Below, one piece after another: positions 37,390-48,399 of a stretch of DNA of 57,595 bases. The stretch lies in the NCBI RefSeq assembly GCF_964194025.1, contig NC_134480.1:3906001-3963595 (forward strand), given 5' to 3'. Within the stretch, counting starts at the first letter, position 1, and each line of letters begins with the position of its first letter. The translations under genes were made by a program, and so were the position numbers. Under the pieces are notes generated by a model. It was given only the letters and a program-made list of their open reading frames with translations, was not told the DNA's origin and searched no databases. Source of the DNA: Convolutriloba macropyga (Eukaryota).

Positions 37390-38790
37390 CCCTTTATCCA
37401 AAAATAAAGGTGGGTGCGTCCAATAGCAGTTGGCGAAGTGCTGCGACGCCTCTTAGCAAAATGCCTGGCAAGTGAAGCTAAATCAGAAGCAATTTAGCTG
37501 TTTGATAGTCTCAAATAGGAGTCGTTGTTAGCGAAGGCGCTGAAACAACCATTCATTCGTCAAAAACTACATACGATAACATAATTAATGCTCAGTCGGA
37601 AGAAGGAGTGCTTCAAACTGATTTCCATAACGCTTTTAACTCAGTCAAAAGTTCACACTCATTAAAAACGACATGCGAATTTATTCCTGGAAATGCCGAC
37701 TTTAACAGTTTTTGCTTCTCCCAGCACAAACCTCTCTTTTATAACAATGCAATTATTCAAAGTGAATCGTTTGTTTAGCAGGGTGATCCGCTGGGACCGT
37801 TATTGTTCTCCTTAACGCTATGGCCAATCATACAGAAGATCAAGACGTCAGTTCCGAGTTTGTTACAGCACACTGGGTACTTAGATGATCAAGGCTGGGT
37901 CTGGCGATCAGATCTAACAAACGCTTGAAATTCCAGCAAACGAAGCTCCTGACAGAGGTCTAATACTGAGAAAAGACAAATGTGGGCTGTGGTCAATTGA
38001 AGGTCTACCCTCCGATGATCATGCAGTAAGGAAGAATTTGGGAAACGGTTTTGAATTTCAGGGCGCTGCAGTTGGTTCAAAAGAATTTTTCGCATCTTGT
38101 TTGAAGAGGAGATTTCAAAAAACTTTATCTATTCTGGGCAATTTACATCACCTCAACGATCCTCAATGTGCATTAAGTATCCTTCGTTACTGTTTGGGAA
38201 CACAGAAACTAGTATATACTTTAGGAACTAACACTCCATTAAACGAGGTTATCGAGGTATTGAAAAGTTTTGATGAAGGCCAAAGAGAAAAGTTGGATCA
38301 AATTGTTGGCTCAATTAGTGGTGATGGCGCATGGAAACAGTCTTCCTTACCTATTAGTCTGTCAGGACTAGGGATCAGACAGTCACAAGATCAATACAAA
38401 GGAGCGTTTGGGGGCTCAATCACAGCCTCAGAAGAGCTGCTCAACGAAATAGACGTCCCTCAGAAAGTGACACTTCTTAAAGAGTTACACATGAGTCTGG
38501 AACCGTTCAATCTATTTTCGCACACTCGAAGGAAGATCCATGAAGCAGTCGATAAAGATAAATCTGCTGCCCTAATAAGAAATCAAACGTCAGCCAGGGA
38601 AAAAGCAAGACTCCAATCACAATGCCTGCTTCATTCTGGCGCGTGGCTTGCTCCGCCTCCAATTACCGCTCTAGGTATACAACTTTCGGCTAAAACATTT
38701 CAAGTCAGCGTTAAGTACAGGCTCGGGATTGCGGTCTATGATCAAGAAAGAAAATGTCCTTATTAAATTTCGGGTACATTGAACACATTT
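37390..38790 (+). mobile_element. CRE-clade non-LTR retrotransposon, RT to Zn-finger start, decayed
   Basis: RPIAVGEVLRRLLAKC, LQTDFHNAFNSV, QGDPLGPLLFSL, YLDD, GAAVGS, LPISLSGLGI, HSGAWL. Confidence 0.88.
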
Positions 38791-39472
38791 GCCTAGAATA
38801 GATAAATCTTTTTGAACTCTCCTCTTCAAACAAGATGCGAAAAAGGAACCAACTGCAGCGCCCTGAACTTCAAAACCGTTTCCCAAATTCTTCCTTACTG
38901 CATGATCATCGGAGGGTAAATCTTCAATTGACCACAGCTCACATTTGTCTTTTCTCAGTATTAGACCTCTGTCAGGAGCTTCGTTGGCTGCGATTTCAAG
39001 CGTTTGTTTGATCTGATCGCCAGACCCAGCCATGAACCCATAATCTAAGTACCCAGTGTGCTGTAACAAAATTAGAACTGACGTCTTGATCTTCTGTATG
39101 AATGGCCATAGTGTTAAGGAGAACAGTAACGGTCCCAGCGGATCACCCTGCTGAACAAACGATTCACTTTGAATAATTGCATTGTTATAAAAGAGAGGTT
39201 TGTGCTGAGAGAAGCAAAAACTGTTAAAGTCGGCATTTCCAGGAATAAATTCGCATGTCGCTTTTAATGAGTGTGAACTTTTGACTGAGTTAAAAGCGTT
39301 ATGGAAATCAATTTGAAGCACTTCTTCTTCCGACTGAGCAATAATTATGTTATCGTATGTAGTTTTTGACGAATGAATGGCTGTTTCAGCGCCTTCGCTA
39401 ACGCCGACTCCCAGTTGCAGACTATCAAACAGCTAAATTGCTTCTGATTTAGTTTCACTTGCCAAGCATTTT
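38788..39472 (-). mobile_element. Inverted duplicate of the CRE RT region
   Basis: ORF 38671-39321 (LQIDFHNAFNSV, VQQGDPLGPLLFSL, YLDYG) is the close reverse complement of ~37455-38140. Confidence 0.9.
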
Positions 39473-42424
39473 ACTCTACAATTCAGTCCCATCATTCGCA
39501 ATCTATAAACTCAAATTTAAGTCACTCATTGCCTGTATTAAAATACGTCAATACAATAACAAATAAAATGCCTTCTAAGAAGCGATTAACCCGTGTACGA
39601 TTTAACGATGCCTCCCGCGCAGCGGATCAGCAATCCACAAGTGGAAACGCAACTCGCCCCGCAAGTCAGCGATTGAATTCGCCAAACAACTCCCGCGCGG
39701 CGAATCAACAAGTCGAATACTCAAGTAATCCTCGCGAAGCAAGTCCACCACCCAACGTCACTCCGACATCCCCGACCCACTCATCAAACGCTAGCACTCC
39801 ACTAACCCCAAATCCGCATTTTCCGACATTCGACTACATAGTGTCGAAAATCTTCAACAAATCGTTAATAGCTTCATTAACGAGTAAAGATGCCGTATTA
39901 AAAGAGGTCAGGGACTGCATCCTGACAAATAATGAGAGCCGCTTAAAAACTCTCAACCCTTATATTCATTCGTACTGGAGGGACCTCCACGTGCGCTCCG
40001 GGTGCGTCTGTATTGACGAGAAAGTGGCAATACCGAACGTGTTACGCGAGGCGCTAATCGACGATATCCACGCAAGTCACCCGGGCACTTGGGGAATGAT
40101 TTGTATGGCCACACATTGCTGGTGGCCCTACATTCACCGCGAATTAATCGTCAAAGCCACTGAGTGTAAACCGTGCACGGTAATCGGTAAGAATCTTAAA
40201 TCTATTATTCCCGCCAAGCAATTCAATCCTCACATACCATGTGTGGAACCAAATCAAGAAATTCAAATTGATTTTGGGGGTCCAATTTTTGATGAAAAGG
40301 GTAATGAAGTGTTTTTCTGGCAGCAATTGATCGTTTCTCTAAATACTCTACTGCATATATTTATGATGAAGCTAATGGACCAAACGTTTTGAAGTTTTTG
40401 GACATGTACATTGAAATTCATGGAATTCCAAGATCCATCCGTTTAGATCAAGCAAAATGTTTAGTCGGAAATCAAGTAAAGACTTTTTGTAATAAGAACA
40501 ATATCGATATTTTTGAAGCTCCTGTAAATGACCATCGTGCCATCGGGTTGGTAGAAGGACTGATTCAAACAATTAAGAAAAGACTCGCATGTATCAAAGA
40601 GGAGAAATTGTCTACACGCGACTTTCATGTAAAGCATGCATTAAAGATCATAATACACCAATTGCGAATATGTAAACAAAGAAAAACAAAGACCTCGCCC
40701 TTCGAAGCACATTTTGGAAGAAAGCCTAACACCCCGCTAACGTGATTGCAACCAGGCCTAATTTGTTAAACCTAACATATAAGAATATTATAAATCATTA
40801 TTTAGACGAGGACACAGTGATGCCGGAAGAAATTCTGCCTGACGACAAGTGGGTGAATGGATATCGTAGTGATATTGAGGTGGATATCGGCATGACCCGG
40901 GCATCCACAGAAGCGAGGAATAGAGAGAGGGCTAGTACGGACGGAAAATCCCGGTTCTTGAAGACAAAGGCAATCCGACCCATTCCCCTGAAGGAACGAG
41001 CGGTGGAGCTAAATCTTGCACGAAAAGTGAATGGCAAGAGACGCTCGAAAAAGAATCTTGAGGGACTATATGAGGTACTTGCGCCGGGATCTCATATTTT
41101 AAAAGTAAGTCCTACAACATCCACTATCAAGGAACCCGGGAAACCAATTGTGACGGTACGCAATAGCGATATTGCTAAATTTGTCACACAGTTGGAACGC
41201 CAAACTCCCCTAAAGGGATCTGCAGAACACAGAGGGTCTCGATCCGGCGAAAAGATAGTGGAAGAACTGATACAAAGCCACATCAAAGAACTCACCCGCA
41301 AACAAAAAGGAGATAAAAAGATGAAACACAGGAAACGAGAACCGGGCAGCGGGGTCTCGTCGACCAAATCAAACATTTCGTGCGCGATGCGAGGACGAGT
41401 TCCAAAAGTGCCAAATTTTCTCGCCATGCGAAATCAGCAACCGACAACTGTAACAACCTCGCATAGCGAACATCACGCATCATCTTCATCCACTACTCCG
41501 GCCGCGGCAGCTCAAAACACGCGCACTTCCGATTGTACCCAACGCAGCCCTTCCTATTACGGATTCGAAAGTTCTCCACCCAACTCCACTATTCTGCCTC
41601 CACCAAAACGACCCCGCCGAGCGGGAGATGTGGACAACTTTCAACCACCACCCGAATCAATCGTCGAGTAAGTGCAACATATAGCTGAAAAACAGCCCGA
41701 AGAACAGAATATATCTCCTCTCATTGGTCAAGTGTCACCACCCGCTCCTTGGAATCCACCATTATTTGACATTGATACTCTCACGCTCGTACAATCATTG
41801 ACAGCACTCGAGGCGGAAAAACAGCACTCGGATAATGATGAGTGGGATATGTAAACTGTACCAAAACTGCAAAACATTTCATAATTTATTAATCATCTAA
41901 TTTTTAGTTATGATAAGCAGCAAATATATCGCTATTATTTATTTAACCGGGGACCTCGTAATTATTTGTAAAAATTGTTATTATTTATACTTCGAAAATT
42001 ATATTTTACAATTTTCTTTCTCGATGTAAGGGGTATGTGATACCTGATGTATCTTTATTTTATTAATTCCCTTGATGCGCTATATTTTATATGAAGCCAT
42101 AAATTTAGTTCATTTATTTAACCTTTATATTTTGTTCAGTTCGTGTCTTGTAATCTGCCGTTAACTTTCTGCTGAGTTTCCCGCCTCGTGATCAGACATG
42201 TCTGATCACGCATTCACGTTGTTTCTGAGTGTTCATATTTCCATAATTTCATTCTCTGTAATTCTGCAATTCATATCAGTTCATCAAATTCTCTTATTGA
42301 ATCCCGCTCTGCGAGTAAGCGCAAACAATCTAAATCAGGATTTCGCACCGCGAATCACTAGATAACAATTTCTACGTATACTTGCACTACGAATCACTAT
42401 TCTAAACAAATAGAGTACGACACA
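39473..42424 (+). mobile_element. Ty3/Gypsy LTR retrotransposon, 3' half (integrase, long C-terminal extension, PPT, 3' LTR)
   Basis: HHCC motif IHASHPG...CWWP...ECKPC, EIQIDFGGP, IRLDQAKC, HRAIGLVE.LIQTIK, SPFEAHFGRKPNT; frameshifts near 40315 and 40742; purine tract AAGGGG at 42028-42033. Confidence 0.9.
42036..42424 (+). repeat. Putative 3' LTR (TGTG...CACA, 389 bp)
   Basis: Starts TGTGATAC just after the purine tract and ends GTACGACACA; no second copy in the window to confirm the ends. Confidence 0.65.
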
Positions 42425-42639
42425 ACGAGTCGCAAGGAAATAGAGATAAAAATCGGACAATAAAGCCTTAGGCTAATTAATTGCTCAAACTTGTGGCAAT
42501 GAGTTTTTATTCGAACTTTCAGAACTAGCCGCAAACTAAAAACAATTGAGCAAAAAGAACCTAAGATGTATTGTCACCTTTTTCCACTGTACGTCAAAAT
42601 TACGCCCCCGGGTTGAGTGTCCTCCCTAAAATGCTGCCA

Positions 42640-44050
42640 TGTTGTTGTAGAGTGGGGGGTAATTTGTCTATGGGCGGTAAATTGATGTAAGAGTGTGGGG
42701 GTAATCTGTTCAGAGGGGGTAAAATTATGTAAGAGTTGGGCTGCAATGGGAAGATTTTTGAAGAATTGGCACCCTGACTAAAATTGCCATGTAAGAGTGG
42801 GCTGCAATGGGCTGCAATGGGAGGACTTTTGAGGAATTACCGCCCCTGACTAAAATCAAATCGCCATGTGAGAGTGGGCTGCAATGTGATGAATTTTGAG
42901 GAATTACCCCCTGACTAAAATTGCCATGCAAAAGTTGGCTGCTACGGGGGGACATTTGAAGAATTACCCACTCTGACTAAAATTGCCATGTAAGAGTGGG
43001 CTGCAATGGTAGGACTTTTGAGGAACTACCCCTGTGACTAAAATTGCCATGTAAGAGTGGGCTCCAATGGGAGGACTTTTGAGGAACTACCCCCTTACTA
43101 AAATGGGGTAAGGGCTGGCTTCCGGGGGGGGGGGGGGGTTAAAGTGTTGTAACAGTAAGCCGGTAAATTGTTCAGAGGGGGTAAATTAAGCTAAGAGTTG
43201 AGATGCCAAGGGACGTAAAATGTTGTAAGAGTGAAGGTGTAATTTGTTCAGAGGGGTAAAATGAATTAAGAGTTGAGCTGCCAAGGGGGGTAAAATCGTG
43301 TAAGAGTTAGGGGGCAATTTGTTCAGAGGGTGTAAAATGATTAAAGAGTTAGGCTGACAAGGGGGTTAAAATGGTGTAAGAGTGAGGGGGTAGTTTGTTA
43401 AGAGGGGGTTAAAATGATGTAAGAGTTAGGCTGCCAAGGGGGGTAATATGGTGTAAGAGTGAGGAGGTAATTTGTTCCGAAGGGGTAAAATGAGGAAAGA
43501 GCTGAGCTGCCAAAGGAGGTAAAATGGTGTAAGAGTTGAGCTGCCAAGGGGGGTAAAATCGTGTAAGAGTGAGGAGGTAGTTTGTTCAGAGGGGGTAATT
43601 TGAGCTAAGAGCTGGGCTGCCAGGGGGGTAAAATGGTGAAAGAGTTTGTGGGTAATTTGTTCTGAGGGGGTAAAATGATGTAAGAGTGAGGGGGTAATTT
43701 GTTGAGATGGGGCAATTCTAACGATTATTATTCATATACTAAATAGACCGTCAAGAGTTGGACAAGCATTGATGGTCTGGAAGTTAAGGCGAAGCGTCTG
43801 AGGGCACAGAGGTTCTGGGTTCAAGAGTGGCCGTCGTCAAGTATGGGGCTAAAACAATGTATGATTGAGGGATTAAAATGATGTAAGAGTTGAGCTGCCA
43901 AGGGGGGTAAAATGATGTCAGAGTTCGGGGGTAATTGAGAAATTACCCCCGAACTCTTACGTAATTTTACCCCCTTGACAGACCAAAGAGATTTAAGACT
44001 GGGGGGTTAATTTGACTTTTACCCTCACTCTTACACCATTTTACCCCTGT
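42640..44050. repeat. Complex minisatellite array with a terminal fold-back
   Basis: ~60-bp units TAAAATTGCCATGTAAGAGTGGGCTGCAATGG...; alternating ~35/~40-bp units sharing TAAAATGRTGTAAGAGT; orientation flips at GAGTTCGGGGGTAATT-gaga-AATTACCCCCGAACTC (43921-43956). Confidence 0.9.
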
Positions 44051-44764
44051 TAGAAGCCTAATGCAGCGCAAAAAGACGTAAGAGTTTTGAGCTGCATTTT
44101 CCTAAAAAGTCCCCCAGTTGGAGCACCACTCTTACATCATTTTGGGTGGAAAAATTCGACCCGGGCCTTTTCGGATATAGGCTAGGTGACAAGGACGCAA
44201 AATCTGGGAGATGTTCTACCAATTCAATTTTACATTTTAGGAACAAGGGCAGCTTTCAGAAGACACTTTGGCCTTTAATACAATGCATTTGTCAGCAAAC
44301 GTGAACAGGGGTCGAGAAAAAGCCTCAAGTTACGCTTTATTCCTGCAATTTATAAGGTTGGTTTCCGAATAGCAAACCAAATAACTTAACACGCTTTATA
44401 CGCACTATGAACTTTTCAAAGGTTTTTGTTTAAAGTTCATAGTTTTGCGCTGGCATATCTTGTCCTCTTCGCAATTTGAAAGAAAATTCGCTAACCATTT
44501 CAAATTAAAATTCTTTTTTGTGTTAAGACATTTAAAAAACGATTATCGATATTGCAAAAAGTAAACGCTGAAAATGCGTGTTCTGGTTGTTTAAAAATGA
44601 CTCAAAGATTTATTCCACAGCAGAAAAATTACCATAAGAGAAGCAGAGACGAACATTTAACCCAATAACAGGGGAAAAGTGACAAAATTGAAAAATTCAA
44701 AAGTTGGCTTCTCAAACAATCTAGTTTTGCAGCAGATGAAAATCCATTGTGACCATTCTTCACA

Positions 44765-47700
44765 CACATTTTGAACCCTTTTTCTTGTTTCATGCATCGC
44801 TTTCGGCGTAGCCTAGTATGTCATATTTTTTCACGTAAATATCCCTGAAATTTTCGCAACAGAAAACAAAAAGCTGCTCATTTTTACATTATTACTATGA
44901 TCCAGACTCAATTCCGGAAGAGAATATAAGTATAACAGAATTCCCGTCAGAATTAACACAAACCTCCGTTTCAAAAAGACGAAATCAAACGGACTCTTAA
45001 AGATCGCGAGGCTGATAGTCACACATTCACAATTGATAATACGACGCAGAAAAACATTCCTAGAGATGTCTCAAGAAGACCAACAAAACCTAAACTCAGT
45101 AGAACCCAAACAACTAATGGAAAAAACACACCTTTCAGAAACTACAGAATTTAATTGAACAGATGATATTTTCATCCAAACACAATAAACATCATATCTC
45201 TTGGCAACAAATAACAAATAGCTCCAAAAATCACCTAAAACCAACTAATTCAACAGAGTTTTATCCAACTTCAAACGAACACCTAGTCACCATTTTAACC
45301 GCTTTACCAAATATCAATACACCACTACCAAAATTGCAAAGACAGAACTTAATTTTTATCAATGATCAGCCAATTATAATAAATGGATGAAAACAAACTG
45401 AAGAATCAACCAATATACAGGAAAACGTTCCAATGACGGCACAACAAGTTTTAAATCTAACGAGACAATTAACTCAGCAAAATAATCAGGCAGACACAAA
45501 TTCCCCTACCGTTTAATATTTGCAAACAGCTTGACCGCAAACAACTTCTCCTGCAGTGATAGGAAATGGTCACATCAATCATCAATATTTATGAAGCTCA
45601 GTTCCTATGTAACAATCGTTAATATCGTTCGGTAGTACCGAACCCCACATCTCCTATAAAAGGTTTTTAAAATGCTGCCACAGCAAACATTTTTATGATC
45701 ACAGGCCCCGAAAAACTTGACGTACCAGTTCTTGCAGCCCGCATTCTAATAGGGATCGCTTTGATCCATACCATAAAAATAGGTCCAGCACAACTATGGT
45801 ATTCTTGCTTCATCGTAAAAATAATACAAACTGGCCAGTTTTTTGCAGAGAATTACAAAAAACGTATGACGTATGATAACAGACAATGTTAAACTCAAGC
45901 ACAGTTACACCTAGAAGGAAATAAACGAGCTTCAGGAGAACAAATTAAAACAATTAAACATAGAGCAGAACAAATGGCTCAAAATAGGATTTGTTGAGTA
46001 CACATCAGAGATTAGGAAGACACGCAAATGAGTAATGAATTTGTTACAGACATAGTTTCACAGTCAGCAAGATTACCATAAAAAAATGCTTAAATTGATA
46101 AATAATTCGCACTAAAACCACAAAGAATTACTTACGACAGAAATAAAAAACCAACTAATTCAACAGAGTTTTATCCAACTTCAAACGAACACCTAGTCAC
46201 CATTTTAACCGCTTTACCAAATATCAATACACCACTACCAAAATTGCAAAGACAGAACTTAATTTTTATCAATGATCAGCCAATTATAATAAATGGATGA
46301 AAACAAACTGAAGAATCAACCAATATACAGGAAAACGTTCCAATGACGGCACAACAAGTTTTAAATCTAACGAGACGATTAAATCAGCAAAAAAATCAGA
46401 CAGACACAAATTCCCCTACCGTTTAATATTTGCAAACAACTTGACCGCAAACAACTTCTCCTGCAGTGATAGGAAATAGTCACATCAATCATCAATATTT
46501 ATGAAGCTCAGTTCCTATGTAACAATCGTTAATATCGATCGGTAGTACCGAACCCCACATCTCCTATAAAAGGTTTTTAAAATGCTGCCACAGCATATAT
46601 TTTTATGATCACAGGCCCCGAAAAAATTGACGGAAGAGTTCTTGCAGCCTGCATTCTAATAGAGATCGCTTTGATCCATACCATAAAAATAAGTCCAGCA
46701 CAACTATGGTATTCTTGCTTCATCGTAAAAACAAAAAAACTGGCCAGTTTTTAGCAGAGAATTACAAAAAACGTATGACGTATGATAACAGACAATGTTA
46801 AACTCAAGCACAGTTACACCTAGAAGGAAATAAACGAGCTTCAGGAGAACAAATTAAAGCAATTAAACATAGAGCAGAACAAATGGCTCAAAATAGGATT
46901 TGTTGAGTACACATCAGAGATTAGAAAGACACGCAAATGAGTAATGAATTTGTTACAGACATAGTTTCACAGTCAGCAAGATTACCATAAAAATGCTTAA
47001 ATTGATAAATAATTCGCACTAAAACCACAAAGAATTACTTATGATAGAAATTAGAAATAAAAAAAACTGGAAAACTTTAGGCCTTGAATTAGACAAAATT
47101 CGACAAGAAACAATCACAAACGCAAGCAAAATTAATTTTTAAACAAATTCAACTTGCTTCGGGAGAACAAATCAAAACAATTGCACTAAGAATATAAGAA
47201 ATGGTCCAAATTGAAATTGCTAACAACACACCAGAATTTAGCTAGAGACAATACATACCAAAATGAACAAGGCTTTAGTCCAAGCTACATTTTCAGCATT
47301 GCCGCTAATAGTATCAAAGGGATTGCAAAACACAAATCAAGATCATTCGGACCACTGAATCCAAAAGTAGCGCAATTATTAGAAAAAATTCACCAATAAG
47401 GGAAAACACGAAACCATAGTGACAAAACAAGGATATAAATTCCACCAATTGCACAATTGTAACCCCCATTATCAATATCAATGTGGACACGGGTAATCTC
47501 ACAGCAGAGATCATTAAAGCAGTAGAACAAGACATCGCATAAAGTATAAACTTTGTCAGACGTAAATGACCAAATGACTCAAATTTTAATAGAAAATCAG
47601 TTTTTCTCAAATTTTGAAAACCATTACGCTCTCAATCAGGCCACAGTATCTCAACTTGTCAAAGTTTTGCACTAAATTTTCCTGGAGATAAACCAAATAT

Positions 47701-48050
47701 AGACCTTTAACCAAACCATGAGAGGAAATCAGTCTGCTCAATAAACAATTAAGATCCACAATATCACGGGTAAACCATCACCATATTGTTTTCGAAGCGT
47801 TAGCAGAGAGCGCAGAAAACCATCTGGCCGTTTGAGTGCCAATAGAATTATCGCCCAATATAGCGCAAAACATTTAATGTAAAATAAATAACAATGTCCT
47901 TCGTTTGTAGGTTTGGTCGGTTTCACTATAACCAAGAACACAGCCATATTAAAACAATACACCCTCATGCATATAATATTACAAATACTGTACACCTCAA
48001 CCGTCAAATTAACAAGATACAGAAGTGGATTAATTCTAAGAGGAATGTAA
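44765..48050 (+). repeat. Duplicate of the 48700-50601 segment, with an internal ~910-bp tandem duplication, bounded by a 56-bp direct repeat
   Basis: Collinear with 48700-50601; 45241 recurs at 46151; 44709-44764 matches 48051-48106 with one mismatch. Confidence 0.88.
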
Positions 48051-48399
48051 TTCTCAAGCAATCTAGTTTTGCAGCAGATGAAAATCCATTGTGACCATTC
48101 TTCACAAATCAAAGACTAAGAAGAATCTATTCTCCTTTATAGAGCTAGAAAATCATTCAATTTCAGTCTCATTTAGTTTCACACTAGGTGGGTGTTAATT
48201 ACTCCAGTATTGCATATTCTTACCAGAATATTAATTGAAGTTGATTATCTTCAGTGTTTTCGTGAATCAGTTAGTAAGCAAGAGTTGGGTAAGTCTAATT
48301 CATGCGCAAACGAAGTAGTTTTAGCTCTGTGAGCCTTCAGGCTGAAAACAGAACCCAAATTGGGTCCGCTTTAACTGGTCCCATCAGTTAGTTGGCAAA

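Noticed and set aside
42640-44050. Regularly spaced repeats as a CRISPR array
   Set aside because: The units are degenerate tandem copies without unique spacers, there are no cas genes, and the context is eukaryotic.
45905-45935. Furin site RRNKR in the env-like region
   Set aside because: It needs a frameshift in all three copies; as read it is PRRK* or GNKRAS, so it was not used as evidence.
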